64,000 nucleotides of DNA from Vicugna vicugna (lineage: Eukaryota), in the NCBI GenBank assembly GCA_013265495.1, contig MU060807.1:3032921-3096920 (forward strand), given 5' to 3'. Below the pieces are notes generated by a model. It was not told the origin of the DNA and made no database searches. It worked only from the letters and a program-made list of their open reading frames with translations. Position 1 is the stretch's first letter. Every line of letters begins with the position of its first letter. The position numbers and the translations under genes were made by a program. Of this stretch, positions 43,121-56,174 are shown one piece after another.

Positions 43121-44652
43121 TCTGAAAAACATAAACGCTAGAGGCCCTATGTGACTGAATCGCCTGGGACCTGCCTTGGGCCCCAGAAGAACCTGACAAG
43201 GTCAGGCTCCTCCCTGCTCCTCCTGGGAGAGGCCTCGAAGAGCTTCCTTATCGGCCGGCCGAGTTGGAGCTGCTGACTCTGCTCAGAGAGCAAGATTTCT
43301 GCCTTGAAAGCAAATGCAGTAGCCTCAGAAATGTGCAGTGCATACCTTTCTCACCCCTCTCCCCCGCCCCTGGCATACAGAGCAGGAGTAAAGGTACCTC
43401 TAAGTCATAATCTGTGTGTCTCCTGCCCTCTTCCCATTGCTGGGGTCAGGGCTTTGGGAGACATGTGACCTCGGTCCTCCCATTTCTGCCTCTCCCCGCT
43501 CCTCCCCCCGCCCCCCTAAATCTTACCCATATGACCTTGTATTGCATACAATGCATTGGTTCACCCAGAAACGGAGGAACTCTAGTTCCCTAACCTGGCT
43601 CAGTACAAAGGGAGATAAAGCAGTTTTGGCCCTGATGTGTGTCTGAGAAGAGAAGGATGTGGGTGATCAGGGAAGAGGCAGCACTTGGGTTTAGGGGGTT
43701 ACATATGGGGTGAGGTTTGCCCCCTTCTGCCTCCCACCTACTCCATGAGTGCTGGCTTCCTCTTTATCTGGCTTTTTATGCAGGAGAAGCACTCTGGCTG
43801 CTTGGAGAAGTAGCCCATGGGCTGCATACCAGCCAGAGGGTAGGGGCAGCGGAATAACCTTTCCCTATCTGTGACCTTTGGTGTCTAGGGGCACAGGCAC
43901 AAAGGCAGATAAGACCAGAGATTCAGGGAGGAGGGGCTCCCCTGGGATCTGAGGTCTGGAGAATAGGAACCAAATGTTTCCAGGTGCCCTAAAGTGCTTG
44001 TGGGCTGGAGGAAAAGGGGTCCATCTCCCAGAGAGGGACTAGTAAGGCCAGAGGTAGCCAGCCAGCCAGACCTAATCTCTGCTACTCCTCTTCCCCTCCA
44101 GGGAGCTGGGTCCCTGGCCAATCTCCATGTCTCACCTTCCCTGAGGCTTTGGTTGCCCACATAAGGGCCCTGCTCACTGGGGAAGATTGTTCTCTGGGGA
44201 GTGGGAGGAAATGAAGGCCTGGGTCTGCTCTGCCTCTCACCAGCAGAAGAGTGGGAATGGGGTCACTATCTGCCCTCATGCTCCAGAAGTGCATCAGTGC
44301 CCCCTAGTGTGGAGTTGGAGTAATACCACTCTCATGGTGGCCAGGAGGGAGGCCCAGGCCCCTATGTCCTAGCACTAGAAGGCATAAGGGCCACCAGCTC
44401 CCTTCTGCAGTCTTCTGGTACTACTTTGATTAAATTATGTATCATTAAAATGAAATATAAATATTTTGCCCTCCCCCCGGAATGCAGGGAAGCTACAGGA
44501 ACTAGGGTAGGGGCGGGAGGACAGCTCCTTCAGAGAAGGGGCCGTGCCTGGGTCCCCTCAACTCTCTCCCCATTGGCTCAGTCACTCAGACTAAACCCGG
44601 TCTGAGGGAGAAGGCTGCATCCTTGCGGAGCTTGCTCTCAGACCCTTGGGAT

Positions 44653-47600
44653 TCAAAAGAAGGAGCAGCAGCTGGGCCGCTTCTTCTGGGATTCCACGTA
44701 GTCTCGGATCTGGAAGCTGGGTTCATCAGCCTGCCGCCCGGCTCTATATTTCAGCTCCCTTGAAGAGGAAGAAAAAATGGGCTGGGCAGGGAGTAGGGAG
44801 CTGAGCATTCTCCCACTCCCAGGGCCCTGGGGCAAATGGGCCTCCGATAGAGAATGTAGGTGGACCCAGGGGCTGGGCCAGGGGCCAGGCCCTACTGGAT
44901 TCCCAGATGGTGTCACCCTGCCCTGCGTGTTCCCTTCCCGGTTCATCGCTCACTTGGCAATGGCCAGAAAGGCCAACTCCACATTCATGCCTGTCTTGGC
45001 GCTGGTCTCCATGAAGGGAACTCCGTACTCCTGCCAGGGAGAGAGTATCTTCAATGGCCATCCTCCAGCTGCATCCCCCTCTACCCCTAGCCAGTCACTT
45101 ACCCTGGCCAGCATCTCTCCTTCTTCTGAACGGATCACCCTTTCACTGCTCACATCCGCCTGTCAAGCCCAGTTGAGTCACTCTGGGGAAGGAAGCCTTG
45201 ACCCCGGCTGGCCCCTCTCCTGCCCCGCCGGCCCAGCTTTCCCCAGGAGCAGGCAGGCCCGCCCTCTGCTGGTGGCCTGTGGGACTGCAGGTTGTACCAT
45301 CGTTTTGGGCCCAGGGCTTCTGCTTTCTTTGGGTTCTTACCCAGCTCCCAGCAGAGGGAATCTCATCCGGATTCAGGGAGGTGGGTAACTCTGCTTGGTA
45401 AGGGTGTGGTGACCAGCCTCAAAGGGGCGACAGTAGTTGAGGCTAACTACTGGACTGGAAAGGTCTAGTCTCTATGACCTAGTAGGGGCTGAGTAGCTGG
45501 GCATTCCTGGATCTCAAGTGGCAGCTTGACCTTTCCCTCCAGGATGCCATTTCCAAAGCTTTAAGAGGGCAGATGAGATGGGCTGAAGCCTCTAGATGGG
45601 TCTGACTCCTGAACTGGAGGCTGGGAAGAGTCCTTTGCTGGAAGGATGTCCAGTGGCCGTGGGGCCAGGGGCACTAATGCCATGGCAGTGGGAGAAGGTG
45701 CGGGGTGGACTGATCCTGCCCTGGAGCCACTCACCTTGTTGCCTAGGAGCATGATCACCACATCCCTCTGGGCGTACTCATGAATCTCAGTGAGCCAGGC
45801 CTATGGGAGAGGGTGTGCTGAGTCCGGCCAAGGCTGAGCATCAGCCTGTCTCCTCCTCCCTCTCCCTTTTCTTCTGCTGCCATGCCATGTTGATTGCCCT
45901 GGGCTCCTCACTGCCCTCAAACATGATGCCCTATGCATATCTTTTCATTTGCATCTTTGTTCTGGCCTCTCCAGTCCTGAGTAGTCCTAAAACCCCATGC
46001 TGTGCCCCTCTCAGTTCTATGAAAGACAGAGATGGCAGAGGCTGTATCTCATCAATCAGTTGATGGTCACCAGCAGTTTCCTGGCGAGCTCTATTGAGGA
46101 TTCTAAGGCTATGGAAGGCCTCAGTGATCAAAAGTACTGTGATTGATTAGTGATGTCTGCCATGAGCATGGAGTTGGAGGTGGCAGTTGGAGTGCCACCA
46201 ACTAGTTTATAAACTGTCTTGTTCGCCCCATTTGCTTGTCAACCCCTTGAGGTGAGGGAGCATGTGAAACCTTTACAGTGCTGTGCACAGAGTCACTGTT
46301 TGTGTTTGTTGACTTATTGTCCCCACTATTTAATAGTTTGCTTGTGAGGACAGAGCCACTCTTTATCTGCCTGAGTCACTTTCTTGAAACTTGAGCTGGA
46401 AGTATGAGTAGACTTTTCTGCTTGGGCCCTCCCCTTGGTCTCTGTGGGTAATTGTCCAGGGTGGAGCTGGGGACTTTGTGAACACTTTATCATGAAATGA
46501 ACTCAGGAATTACAGTCAGGGATAAGCAGGTGGCACAGACACACAGCACCTGCTTGGCCTTCGCGCCCACATGCCAGTCAATAACCCAGGAGAAGTTTAT
46601 TACTTCTGAGTCACAGCTGGGGTGTTTCTAACTCAGCAGCGGTATTCGGTATTGCCTGCTCCACCTGTTCTCACAAAGCAGGAAGCAATCCTGCCCCGCA
46701 CAGGCCTTGCTTTGCCTGCTTCTAAGTGGTGGGCAGGGAGGACCTACCCGGATGTTGTCGAAGGAAGACTTGTTGGTAATGTCATACAGCAGGAGCAAGG
46801 CTGCAGGGGGAGAGAGAGGTCACACAGGCGACTTGGGGCTGAAGGGTGGATGTTGCTCGAAGTGAGCTGGGGGGAGGAGGCGGAGTGCATGAGGGACTTA
46901 CCCTGGGCATCTCGGTAATAAGCATGGGTGACACTGCGGAACCGCTCCTGCCCTGCGGTGTCCCAGATCTAAGAAGGAATGGATAGATGGTCAGAAGGGG
47001 GCTGGGGGCAGGGACTGTGCTGGGCAGAGGAAATTCATGTTGCGGTACGACAGATGTGTGGGAAGGTGAGATGTTTCCTTCTTTAGGTTCTCACGGGTTT
47101 CTGAGCATCTGGTGGTGGGCTGGATGGTGGTAGTAAATGAGTTTTCAAGCTCATTCAGTGCCTCTTCCCCAGCCCAATGGATAGGGGTGTCTGACTTCCT
47201 GGAGCAGCTGAGGCCTGGGAAACTGGGGAGGGTTTGGAGCGAGCCTAAGCATGTCTGAAGGCACTTGGAGCTGCCTTTCATAGGAAAAAGGGTGCCTGGG
47301 AACTGCTTTTTCTGCAGACATCAAACAAACAAAAGCCGTTTCCTCTCCTGGGCCCCACAGGAAATTACCCCAGGCTGAGGGCAGGGCCACAGGGCCTCCT
47401 GCGGTTGGGTGAAGAGTTTGGGCAGGCTCTCCATCCTCTCCCCACCCCTACCCCAGCAGCTGGTCTCACCTGCAGCTTTACTTTCACACCATCCACGGTT
47501 ACCACCTTGTTCTGAAAGACAGAAGGGCAAGGGGAGAGGTCGGGGTGGAGGGTGAGGCAGGCTTGGCTTCTGTGTTCTGCTGACATCACAAGGAACAGCA

Positions 47601-50600
47601 AACATCTTGTCTAGTTGCTCCCCAGGGCTACAGGGGGGTCTGGTGTGCCCCAGAGACATCCGTCTCCCTCTAGATCACCCCATCAGGGCAGCGGGACTCT
47701 GTCCCCAGGTAACCGCACTGCAGAGTCCCCTCTTTTGAGGACTCTGCCTGCCCTTCTCACAAGACACCAAGGCAAGGGGAGCCTGAGAGCCTGCCTGGCT
47801 CTCCCCAGAGCTCAGCAAGGGGCACAGGCTGAGCACTGGGGTCCGGCCTCTACCCTGCTTCCATCTGCCTGGCGTGGAGCTCAGCCCCATTGCTGCAACC
47901 AAGCTCTTGGAGATGAGACACCTGCCAGTATCTCAGGACCTCAGAAGCTGGATTTGCAGGGTTATCTTTCCTCTGGTGGCTCACTAGCTCTCCTGGTGAA
48001 GCTGCAATTCCCCTCCCACCGGGAGGGAGGCACCTGGCCTCAGATAGCACCCCTGCCAGGGTTAGAGGCTTACTCTCCTGGCCTTTGTGGGTGTGCAGTG
48101 CTCCGAGTGTTCCCCTTTACAGATGCTGATCTGTAAAGATGGCTTCATCAAGGGGAAAGGGACGGATGCTGACAAGTGGCTCTCTGCCCACAGGGTCAGC
48201 CCAGCTCTTCAACCTAGTGTAGTGTTTCCCCAGAACTCCAGAAAGACTGGTTGAGCTCTGAGGCCTTGCCAAAAGTGTCCAGCTCAGAGGGCAGCGGGCA
48301 AGGGAGCTGAGGGCCAGGAAGCTCATCTTGCACTGTGGGGGGTGTTCCCTCTGCTCGGGGGGGGGGATTTTAAGATTCATTCTCTCTTTTCTCATCCTGT
48401 AGTGGGGCAAGAAGCCCCCCTCAAGCCCAGAATCCTCCAAGCTGGCCCCGCTGGGGTCCTTAGGGGAGCACCCCAGTGGCCTCTGGGCAGCTGACCACAG
48501 CAGTCCTGAGGAGCCAGGGTGGGCGAGGAGAGGGCAGCACCCCGGGTCTGAGCCATAGGCCCTGGCTCGCTGCTGGGAGAGGAGCCTGCAGCCACCTCAC
48601 CCTGAAGTCTATGCCGACGGTGGCTATGAAGGTCCCGGACAGGAAGGCCCCGTCTTTGAATTGGATCAGGAAACAGGTTTTGCCGACGCCTGAGTCTCCC
48701 AGAAGCATCACCTAGGAGATGGGGCAGAGGCAGTTAATGGGAGCTGGAGTGAGTTTCTGGGCTTCCAGGAAGAGAGACCTGGGAAAGAGGGATTGAGGGC
48801 CAGGGAAGGATGCTGACTGTGCTGAGGGGCATCTGCTTCTGGAAAGCCTGCTGCTGCCTCCACCTTGTCTCTCCTCTCCACACTCCATGTCTCTGTGCCC
48901 GCTGCCTCTCAGGCTCTCCCTCAGCCCCTCCTGTCCTCTTCCAATTTCCCGGGAGCCTGAGTTGAGACCTCAGCACCAACAGGTCCCCAGATGTGCTCGA
49001 TTTCCCCAGAGAACAACCCCATTCGTGTGGTCTAGACTCTGGCCACATCTGCCCCCTGCCACGTCATGCCAGGATTCCCTCACTCTCTGTGTGTCTTCCA
49101 TGCATGTGTGTGCACATGGGTGGGGCTACAGTGCCTGGAAAGGGAAGTATTAATACCTTGGACAGGGATTCCTGCCCCAGGGCGTGTATCAGCATCTCAT
49201 GGGGGTGGGGCTCTGTCATTTGCAAAGGCATATTCTAAAATTACTGTTGCTCGGGTGTTTTACATCACATTTATTTGGAAATTTCTAATGACATTTTATG
49301 TTGACAAAAGGGTTGCACAAATTAGGGAAGGCTGAAATTTATACTGAAGTGTAGAGACATTTAGTCTGAAGTTCTTTCTGCAGAAACCTCCCAAGAGGGA
49401 CAAATGGCTGCAAATTTGCATCCCTGGGTCACTGTAGGTGGGAGAACAGGAGGGAATGTGGAGGGGGTGGGGTGTGTCCATCCCTTTACTGTCCTGCCAT
49501 CTTCTCAGGAGGACATGTGGGGGTGGGCTGGGGGGGCCCTCTGTCCAGTTACTCCTCAATCTTGGAGAACAGAGGTCTAGCCCTAATGCTGGAATTTCCC
49601 TAACTGGCCGGTTTGCTACTTAATGGGTCTAGCAGGGTCTAGGCTTGAGTTATTCTTGAGTCTCTGACCTTGACAGTGGTGCCCAAAGTCTTTTCTGCCG
49701 TGGGCATGAGGTATGGGGTTAGCTCACTTTGGTGGAGAGCTGGGGGGCTGAGCAAAAGGAGTATGAAGGCTGGGGTTCTGGCTTGTACATGGGTTACTGG
49801 GGACTTCAGGAAGATCCCTTAACCCTTCTGCGGCTGTTCCCACAGTGGCTAAATGGAAGGGAGGATAATTTCTTTAAGGCCTTTCTAAAGTCTGTTAATA
49901 GCTGGGGTCAAAAATGTTGGCATGAACCACCTAAGACTTCAGAAGAGTGACTTTAGAAGGGACAGGTGCTGCCTGCCTGTGGCCCCATCCCCTCTAGTCT
50001 GACCCAGGGAGCTCCTGCCAGGCTTCTCCCAGGCTGTCCTGGACAGGCCTGGGACATGAAGGCTGGTGTAGGCCAGGGGCCAACTCCCCACCGACGCTGC
50101 TTGGCCTCGGGGACAGAGGGAGCGCTGGAGGCTGGGCCCTCTGGAGCCTGCATTGCCCCCTGGCTCCCAGCACCCAATGGAGAAGAGAGGGAAGGAGGGA
50201 GGGTAAGTGCCTGTGTACTTTACAGATCACAGCTGCTTTGAGCAAACGATGCCAGCCACCCACCCAGCCAGGCCATTCCACCAAATACAAACAGCTGCCA
50301 GCCTGGCCACCTCCTAGGCAAACACCCAGCTGAGTTATCAGGCAAGGAGGTCAGGCAGTCCCCACCAGGCTCCCCCTCCTCTGAACACACCGGGGCCCAT
50401 TTCCTGTCTGGAGCCCACACAGGACGCCTATCTCAACGGCTCTGGAAGGGTGACTTGCAGAGTGGCTTCCCCTGAAAGAGTGGGGGTGGAGGGCACAGGC
50501 TCCCAGCGAAAGTGGAGGGAGGAAATCAAGGCACAGAAAGAAGCAGGCGTCCTTCAAAGCTGCGACGGGTTAGCCCCTTCACTCATCTCTCCCCACCCCT

Positions 50601-51563
50601 ACAAGGGAGAGTGAAGGCTCTAGGCTCCCTTCGCACCTCTTTCAGAGCCCCTGCGACCAGCCTGCTCCAATGGCACAGAGGGAGGGCAGACAGACCAGTG
50701 TCCACCGCCACCCCCAGCCGCTTCCATACAAGGGCACCCGCAGAGGGAATTAGCCCAGAGAGCTGACTTAAGCGCTCCCAGGTGGGGGACTTGTGCCTAA
50801 CCACACAGATCTTCCTCAGGTTCTAAAATTTCCCAGGTGGGTCCGCATTCGGGCCAGCAACATCCTCCCGGAGGAAGGCGCGGGCAGTGACTGCAGAGGT
50901 GGAAAGGGAAGGGTAGCACCTGGGGGTAGCTGGGTTCTAAAGATCTTCAGGCTTAAGGTCTTGAAACTGATACAAAGTCTCAACTGAGTTTAGCTGGGAG
51001 AAGGGCATTAACCGCAAGTTTCCCAGCCGCCAGGGGGCGTCCTCTGGGAGCCTCCAGGCAGCCCTGTTTCCCAGGACTTCTGGTGCCTGTGCCTTGCAGA
51101 GTTGTGCGCTTAACCCCTACCGAGAAGCACGGGGTTCCCGGGAGCTCATATTGGCAAGAGTGACAGAAGAAAGTGGGGTTGGGGTCCGCTGGGTGGGGAG
51201 TCACTCAGTCCTTCCGACCTGCCTCTCCCCTCTTCCCACGGAACCAGTCCAGATCCCTGGATGTTGGGATGGGCCCAAGGCTGTGTCTCGACCCTCCCTC
51301 CTTACTCTGGGAGACCCGGCTGTCTGCCGGGAAGGGATGAGTCCAGCACAGACGGAACCAGAAAGGGGCTTGGGCGGGGAGGGCCGGGGTCTCAGGGCAA
51401 AGCGTGCGGGGAAGGGTGGCCCCCAGAGCCCGCACGGGAGTCCCCAGCGCTGGGCACAGTGCCCACCCACCTTGCCCGTGAGATCGTAGCTCGGACTGCA
51501 GGGTGGGGAGCGCTCCGGGCCCTCGCCATCCCGGGTGGCAGCGGCGCCAGGCGTGCCCGTCAT
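44653..51563 (-). CDS. RAB37: Ras-related protein Rab-37, proximal-promoter isoform, complete, 223 aa; coding exons 51471-51563, 48601-48711, 47470-47511, 46902-46968, 46748-46800, 45735-45800, 45103-45159, 44954-45030, 44653-44758
   Basis: G1 GDSGVGKT, switch I TVGIDF, G3 WDTAGQE, G4 GNKAD, G5 ETSAK and C-terminal CCxxx prenylation motif (SCCSFF*). N-terminus [31 protein letters not shown] matches recalled RAB37; all nine exons GT-AG and in phase. Confidence 0.97.
46260..46390 (+). mobile_element. L2 LINE 3' fragment
   Basis: gtttgttgacttattgtccccacta...gcttgtgaggacagagccac. Confidence 0.45.
51027..51040 (+). promoter_or_regulatory. Candidate CTCF site in RAB37 intron 1
   Basis: CCGCCAGGGGGCGT closely matches the CTCF core consensus CCGCCAGGGGGCGC; motif evidence only. 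Confidence 0.5.
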
Positions 51564-52080
51564 GTCCCTGGACGAGGTGAGCTGGGACAGGCGGCGGGCG
51601 AGGGACAGCGCAGGAACCGCCCCACCTTAGGCTCCACCCACTCCTTCTCCCCTCCGCCGCCGCGGCCGGGACCCCGACAGGCTCCTCCCTCTGTTCCGCC
51701 ACTTGAACGCTACCGGGCGAGAGCTGGCTCTCTCGCGGGGGCGCGCAGGGCTGCAAGGTCATCTCCTGAGGGGCAGGCGGGCCCCCTGAGCCGCACTGCC
51801 TGAGGGCATGGGCCAAATCCAGCCCTAGGACCGTTCCCCCAAGGTCGCCACCCCCTGGGGTTAGATTCCCACGGGTAGCGGTCGGTGGAGGTCTGGCATC
51901 GCTGGGATCCGCGGACCAGGGCCCGGGTTCCCGTTGCCCCTGCGCAGCGCAGCCAGCAGGCGGCGCCCGAGCTCCATCCACCTGGCGGTCAACAGGTGGC
52001 CCCGGGGGCGGGCCTGGGGGAAGCTGCGGATGCCCTTGGGCAGCGCAGCGCAGAGCCCAGGCAGTTTCGCTTTCGCTAAT
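51380..52080 (-). promoter_or_regulatory. RAB37 proximal promoter CpG island
   Basis: CpG-rich stretch spanning and extending upstream of the ATG-containing exon at 51563. Confidence 0.7.
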
Positions 52081-53199
52081 ACATCCTAGCTCGACATCAT
52101 CTGAACGTAATGTTTGCCGACCGATTGATATTCACCTTGTAGCACATTTGCACTTCGGGTCCCTGGACTTTGACACCTCCCATTTCCCTCTGATCTGTTG
52201 GACAGCGCCCAGAATGTTCCACCCTGGAGAACCTTCCTAGGCGAGCTTCCTGGCACACTTCCCAATCCAGGCGTTCCTGAAGGCAGGGCTGGCCTTATCC
52301 ACGTGCTGCCCTCCACCCCGGCACACAGTAGGCCTTAAACATTTGGTACCAAATGAATTCAGGAAGTCGTGAATCATTTTGAAGAGTCTCCAGGACATCC
52401 CAGAAACCCTGGTGACAGAGGATGAGAATGTGTCTGGAGTTCAGGGACCCCAGCCTGGGCCAACCATTCAATTAGCCCACCCCAGCATCCTATACAGTGC
52501 AGCCAGTTTACCAGGAAACAAGGTGCGTGAATTACAAAGGGACTGTTTGAGGGGTGTGTAGAGGGGCAAGGGCCCTCACCTATTTGCCTGGGTGTTGGAG
52601 GTTCCAGGCAAGGGGCAGGCACAACTGATGAGTGACTGTAGGCCTACTGGGGACTGTGTGTTCACCCGCCTCCAGCCCTGTGACTCAAGAGGGAGCCATA
52701 TATGGGCGAGGAGCAGCTCCACAGAACCCCCTAAAATGCCCCCAAGTCTCACACTATCCCCAGATGTACACATCACCCCCTGAATAAAGTGCCTCTTAAA
52801 TTAGCCCAGCCCCTCTCATCACCCCAAATCCAGAATGCACACGCACCTCCCCGCCCTCCTGTACCACAGTTCGCCCCGGACTTCCAGACTCCCCTCCTGG
52901 CAGAGTAAGTGAGGATGCCACATGAAACCTCATGGTTGTTCAGAGTGGGGCCCTGGTGTGCAGCCAAGGGCCTCCCTCAATCCAAATGTGAACAGAGGGA
53001 GCTGGGAGAAACCCCCAGAGCTGGGGCAGGAGGGACAGCACACAGCCCGGGGGGATATGGAGGGGAGACCAGGGCAGAGGCCAGGGGGCTGAGGCATGCG
53101 GACCACCTGCTGGACCACCTACATCAGAGTCCCCGGTGTCTGTCTACACACAGATTCTGGACCCCACATGTGGGTGGGTGGGCTCAGGGTCTGCAGAGA

Positions 53200-53470
53200 A
53201 ACTGGAGGTTTTTATATGCACTAAATGAGTGTTTGAAAACCACTGGGCTGAATTGTGCAAGACCTTGGCCAGCAGATGATGGATTTAGACCTTATTGGAA
53301 GGCAGTAGTGAGCCCTTGAAGGTGCTGAAGGGTGGGGACCAGGGGCGAGACTTTTGGAAGATGTACTTTACCACGGTGTCCAGGCAAGACTGGAGAGTCT
53401 GGGGGACACCAAGGTAAGAAATAATAAGGAGGACCTGAACTAGGGTGAGAGAGGGACTGGCTGGAGAGAC
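53200..53470 (-). mobile_element. L2 LINE fragment
   Basis: ggatttagaccttattggaaggcagtagtgagcccttgaagg...ggaggacctgaactagggtg. Confidence 0.5.
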
Positions 53471-55872
53471 TACTGTGTGAACCCCATTGATGTCAGCACC
53501 CCAGTAAACCCATCTGCAGGACTCAGCAGCCCATTTGATAGAGTTGATGATGGAGGAATTGAGGAGGACCTTGATTTGAAAGGCAGCTACCCAGGACCTG
53601 GGCAGGTCCCACCTTCAGAAGCAGCAGGGTATAGAGGCTCTGGGAGGTGGCCTGAGGGCAGACCCTAGGTAGTCCCCCCACTCGCCTCTGCCTCCTGGCA
53701 AGTGAAGATCAAGGACTGGCCCCCTCTCCTGCTGCCCACGCCGCAATCAGACTTACAAGCTGGGTCGGCAGGAGCTCCCCCCGCTCCCTGCCTCAGTTAC
53801 CATCACCAGCCAGGGCCAGCCACAGGGCACTTGCAAATTGCCAGCTGTTGGCAGTGTTTCAAATCTCTGTGCGAAAGACAGAAGGACAAGCGAGTGCCTT
53901 GTAGCCGGCTCTCTGGGGACTCCCGGGCCACTGATCTTGGAAGGAGACCCCAGTGTCCTCCAGCTCCTGTGTCTGCACAACTCAGGAGACATGAGCTGCT
54001 GCACAAAGATCTGGCTGTTCTGAACAGAGGGTTGGGAAGAGACCTGTCTTTGGAGAGGAAAAGAATGGAGGGTCCCTAGTGCTAGATGGAGGGGTGGGAA
54101 GGGGGCCTGTGGAGGAGACAGACATTTCCTCTGTGAAAGCTGCAGCCTCTTTGTCTGTAAGTGAGCTGTTGTGTCTAGGCCCAGGGTCGGCAGGTGTCCT
54201 CAGTGCTGCTCTCCCGGGCTGTTTTCCCCGCCCTCCACCACCAGGAGGGGCGCTCCCCAGGGTTGTATCTCAGCTGAGGGGTCAGTATGTGCCCTTTTTG
54301 CTTTCAGCTCATGCCTTTGCCCCAGGAGACCCCAGGCTCGGGCATGGGTCGGGCCCTCAGGCCCTCACTCAGCCTAAGCTGCCCACGGGTTTGTCCTGAG
54401 GTGCTGGCTGATGCCAAGCAAGCAGCCGAGGCGCTAGAAGGCCCAGCGCAGGCGAGAGGGAGAGCCCCGCCTGTCCTGTTCTTCCTTCTCACGGGCGAGT
54501 TGCCTTACTTTTCTTACCAGGCTGGTGGCAAAATTTGGAGGTCCCAACCTTGTTCATCTGTGGAGTGTGAATCAAGGTTTCCACACCCCCACCCCCTCCC
54601 ACCCTCACCCCCTCTCTGCCTCCTGCCCTCTGACAGGCAGAAGGACGGGTGTGAGGTGGGTGAGGAGACGTGACTGGGACTGTGGGGGCACCGGGTGCCC
54701 TGGGTACTGAAGGGCAGATGACACGGGGCCACGATGGGGGTTCACTTTACGGCAGCCTGGTCCAAGGCCTGGGGCTTGCCGAGGTGGCCACGCCCTCCTG
54801 GGACTCAGCCCCGCGCTGCCCAGCACCCTAACCCAGTCCTCCCTGTCCTGGGGGATCCCTCTCTAACTCCAGGCCCTAGTGCACACCCTGACCCGGCTCT
54901 CATTTCTGCTTCACTCTGAAGCCCTGTCCAACGTGGGCCCTTGCCTTCTGCACTGACCTGCCAATGGGTAAGCCCAATTTCTAGGGATCCCCTCTCTTTT
55001 CGCACCAGCTTGGCTCTGTTGTGTCTCAGCACGAGTGTGGCCTTGCAGGCCTGGTGCTCTGTTCGATCCTGGAGGCTGGCCTCTCAGACACCCGGGCTGC
55101 CCAAGAAATGATGCTCTCCCGCATCTCTGGGCATTAGCATCCAGGAGACCCTGAAGGAGGGCTCTGCTGCTCCTGCTTCAGTCCAAGAGAAAGCTGGAAC
55201 CCTTTCCAAAGGCCTCCTGAGGATTCAAGGTCACTGAGCAGCTGGCAGGTGTGGTGAAAATGGAGTGAAATTAGGATATGCGGTAGAGGAAGGGCTTTGT
55301 AGCCCGCAGAGGGGCTCCGGATGGAGAACTTGAGAATGCTTCCTGAATCTGAGCTGCGGTCCAGGGAGATGCAGGGTGCTAAAAACCTGAACTTTAACCC
55401 TTCACCTGCCAGTGCCCTCTGACCCACATGAAGATGCTGAGTTTGGACTGTGCTTAAAATTTTAAGCCACCCCTTTGCCTCTCCAGGTTCTTCTTGCCCC
55501 GCATCTGTATCAAGATGTTCCCTTGCTTTCTAGCATCCAGCTGTCCTCAACCATGGGGAGCCCCAGAAAGAGGTGGACAGGGTGATTTGCTACATTCCTC
55601 CACGGAGGGTCACAGCTCCTGCCAGCCCTCTGCACACAGCCCTCTTTGTCTCTGGTTCTGGTGACAGTTCCCTCCTCTCACTGTTTTTAAGCTTGGGGAG
55701 GGATGAAGGCTGTGAGACTGTCTGAGGGCATCACACCGTCCCTCCTGGTTCCCCAGCATTCTGCCTGCACCTTGGTAAATGGCCTTTTCATGAAACCTCC
55801 TGAATGACCCAATGTGAGTGTCCAGCTATTTCCTGCTGAGACAGCAGGGCCCCAGAGCCTGGGAGTGCTTAC

Positions 55873-55983
55873 TGTGAATCCGATGCCCACGGTGGCTGAG
55901 AAGGAGCCCGGGATGAACTTGCCCTGGTCGAACTGAACCAGCAGAGATGTCTTTCCCACGCCGCTATCACCAACCAGGATGGT
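55873..55983 (-). CDS. RAB37: RAB37 alternative exon 2 (distal-promoter isoform): [37 protein letters not shown]
   Basis: 111-nt phase 0-0 exon with a pyrimidine-rich acceptor (ctgttgctccctttcag) and gtaagc donor. It encodes a second P-loop; 22/37 residues are identical to the exon at 48601-48711. Its upstream first exon is not in the window. Confidence 0.9.
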
Positions 55984-56084
55984 CTGAAAGGGAGCAACAG
56001 AGAGAGCTGAGGGCCCGCAGTGTGGATCGGACTGCCCAGATGTCCTCGTGGACGTGGGAGGGGGTTCCTTCTAAATGCACATAA

Positions 56085-56174
56085 ATGTGTGTGCACACAC
56101 CACACTTGAACAACAGACACAGAGACACACTCACATGTGTAAGCATGTGCATGCACGCGCACACACACACACAC
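56085..56174. repeat. (CA)n-rich simple repeat
   Basis: Imperfect CA/TG repeats ending gcacgcgcacacacacacacac, ~100 bp upstream of the alternative RAB37 exon acceptor. Confidence 0.8.

Noticed and set aside
44777-45388. 203-aa plus-strand ORF
   Set aside because: Antisense to two RAB37 exons and their introns; no recognisable protein family.
51205-51981. 258-aa minus-strand ORF over the RAB37 promoter and exon 1
   Set aside because: Starts at GTG, lies in a CpG island where stops are rare, is low-complexity Pro/Ala/Gly/Arg-rich, overlaps the real exon in another frame and has no recognisable domain.
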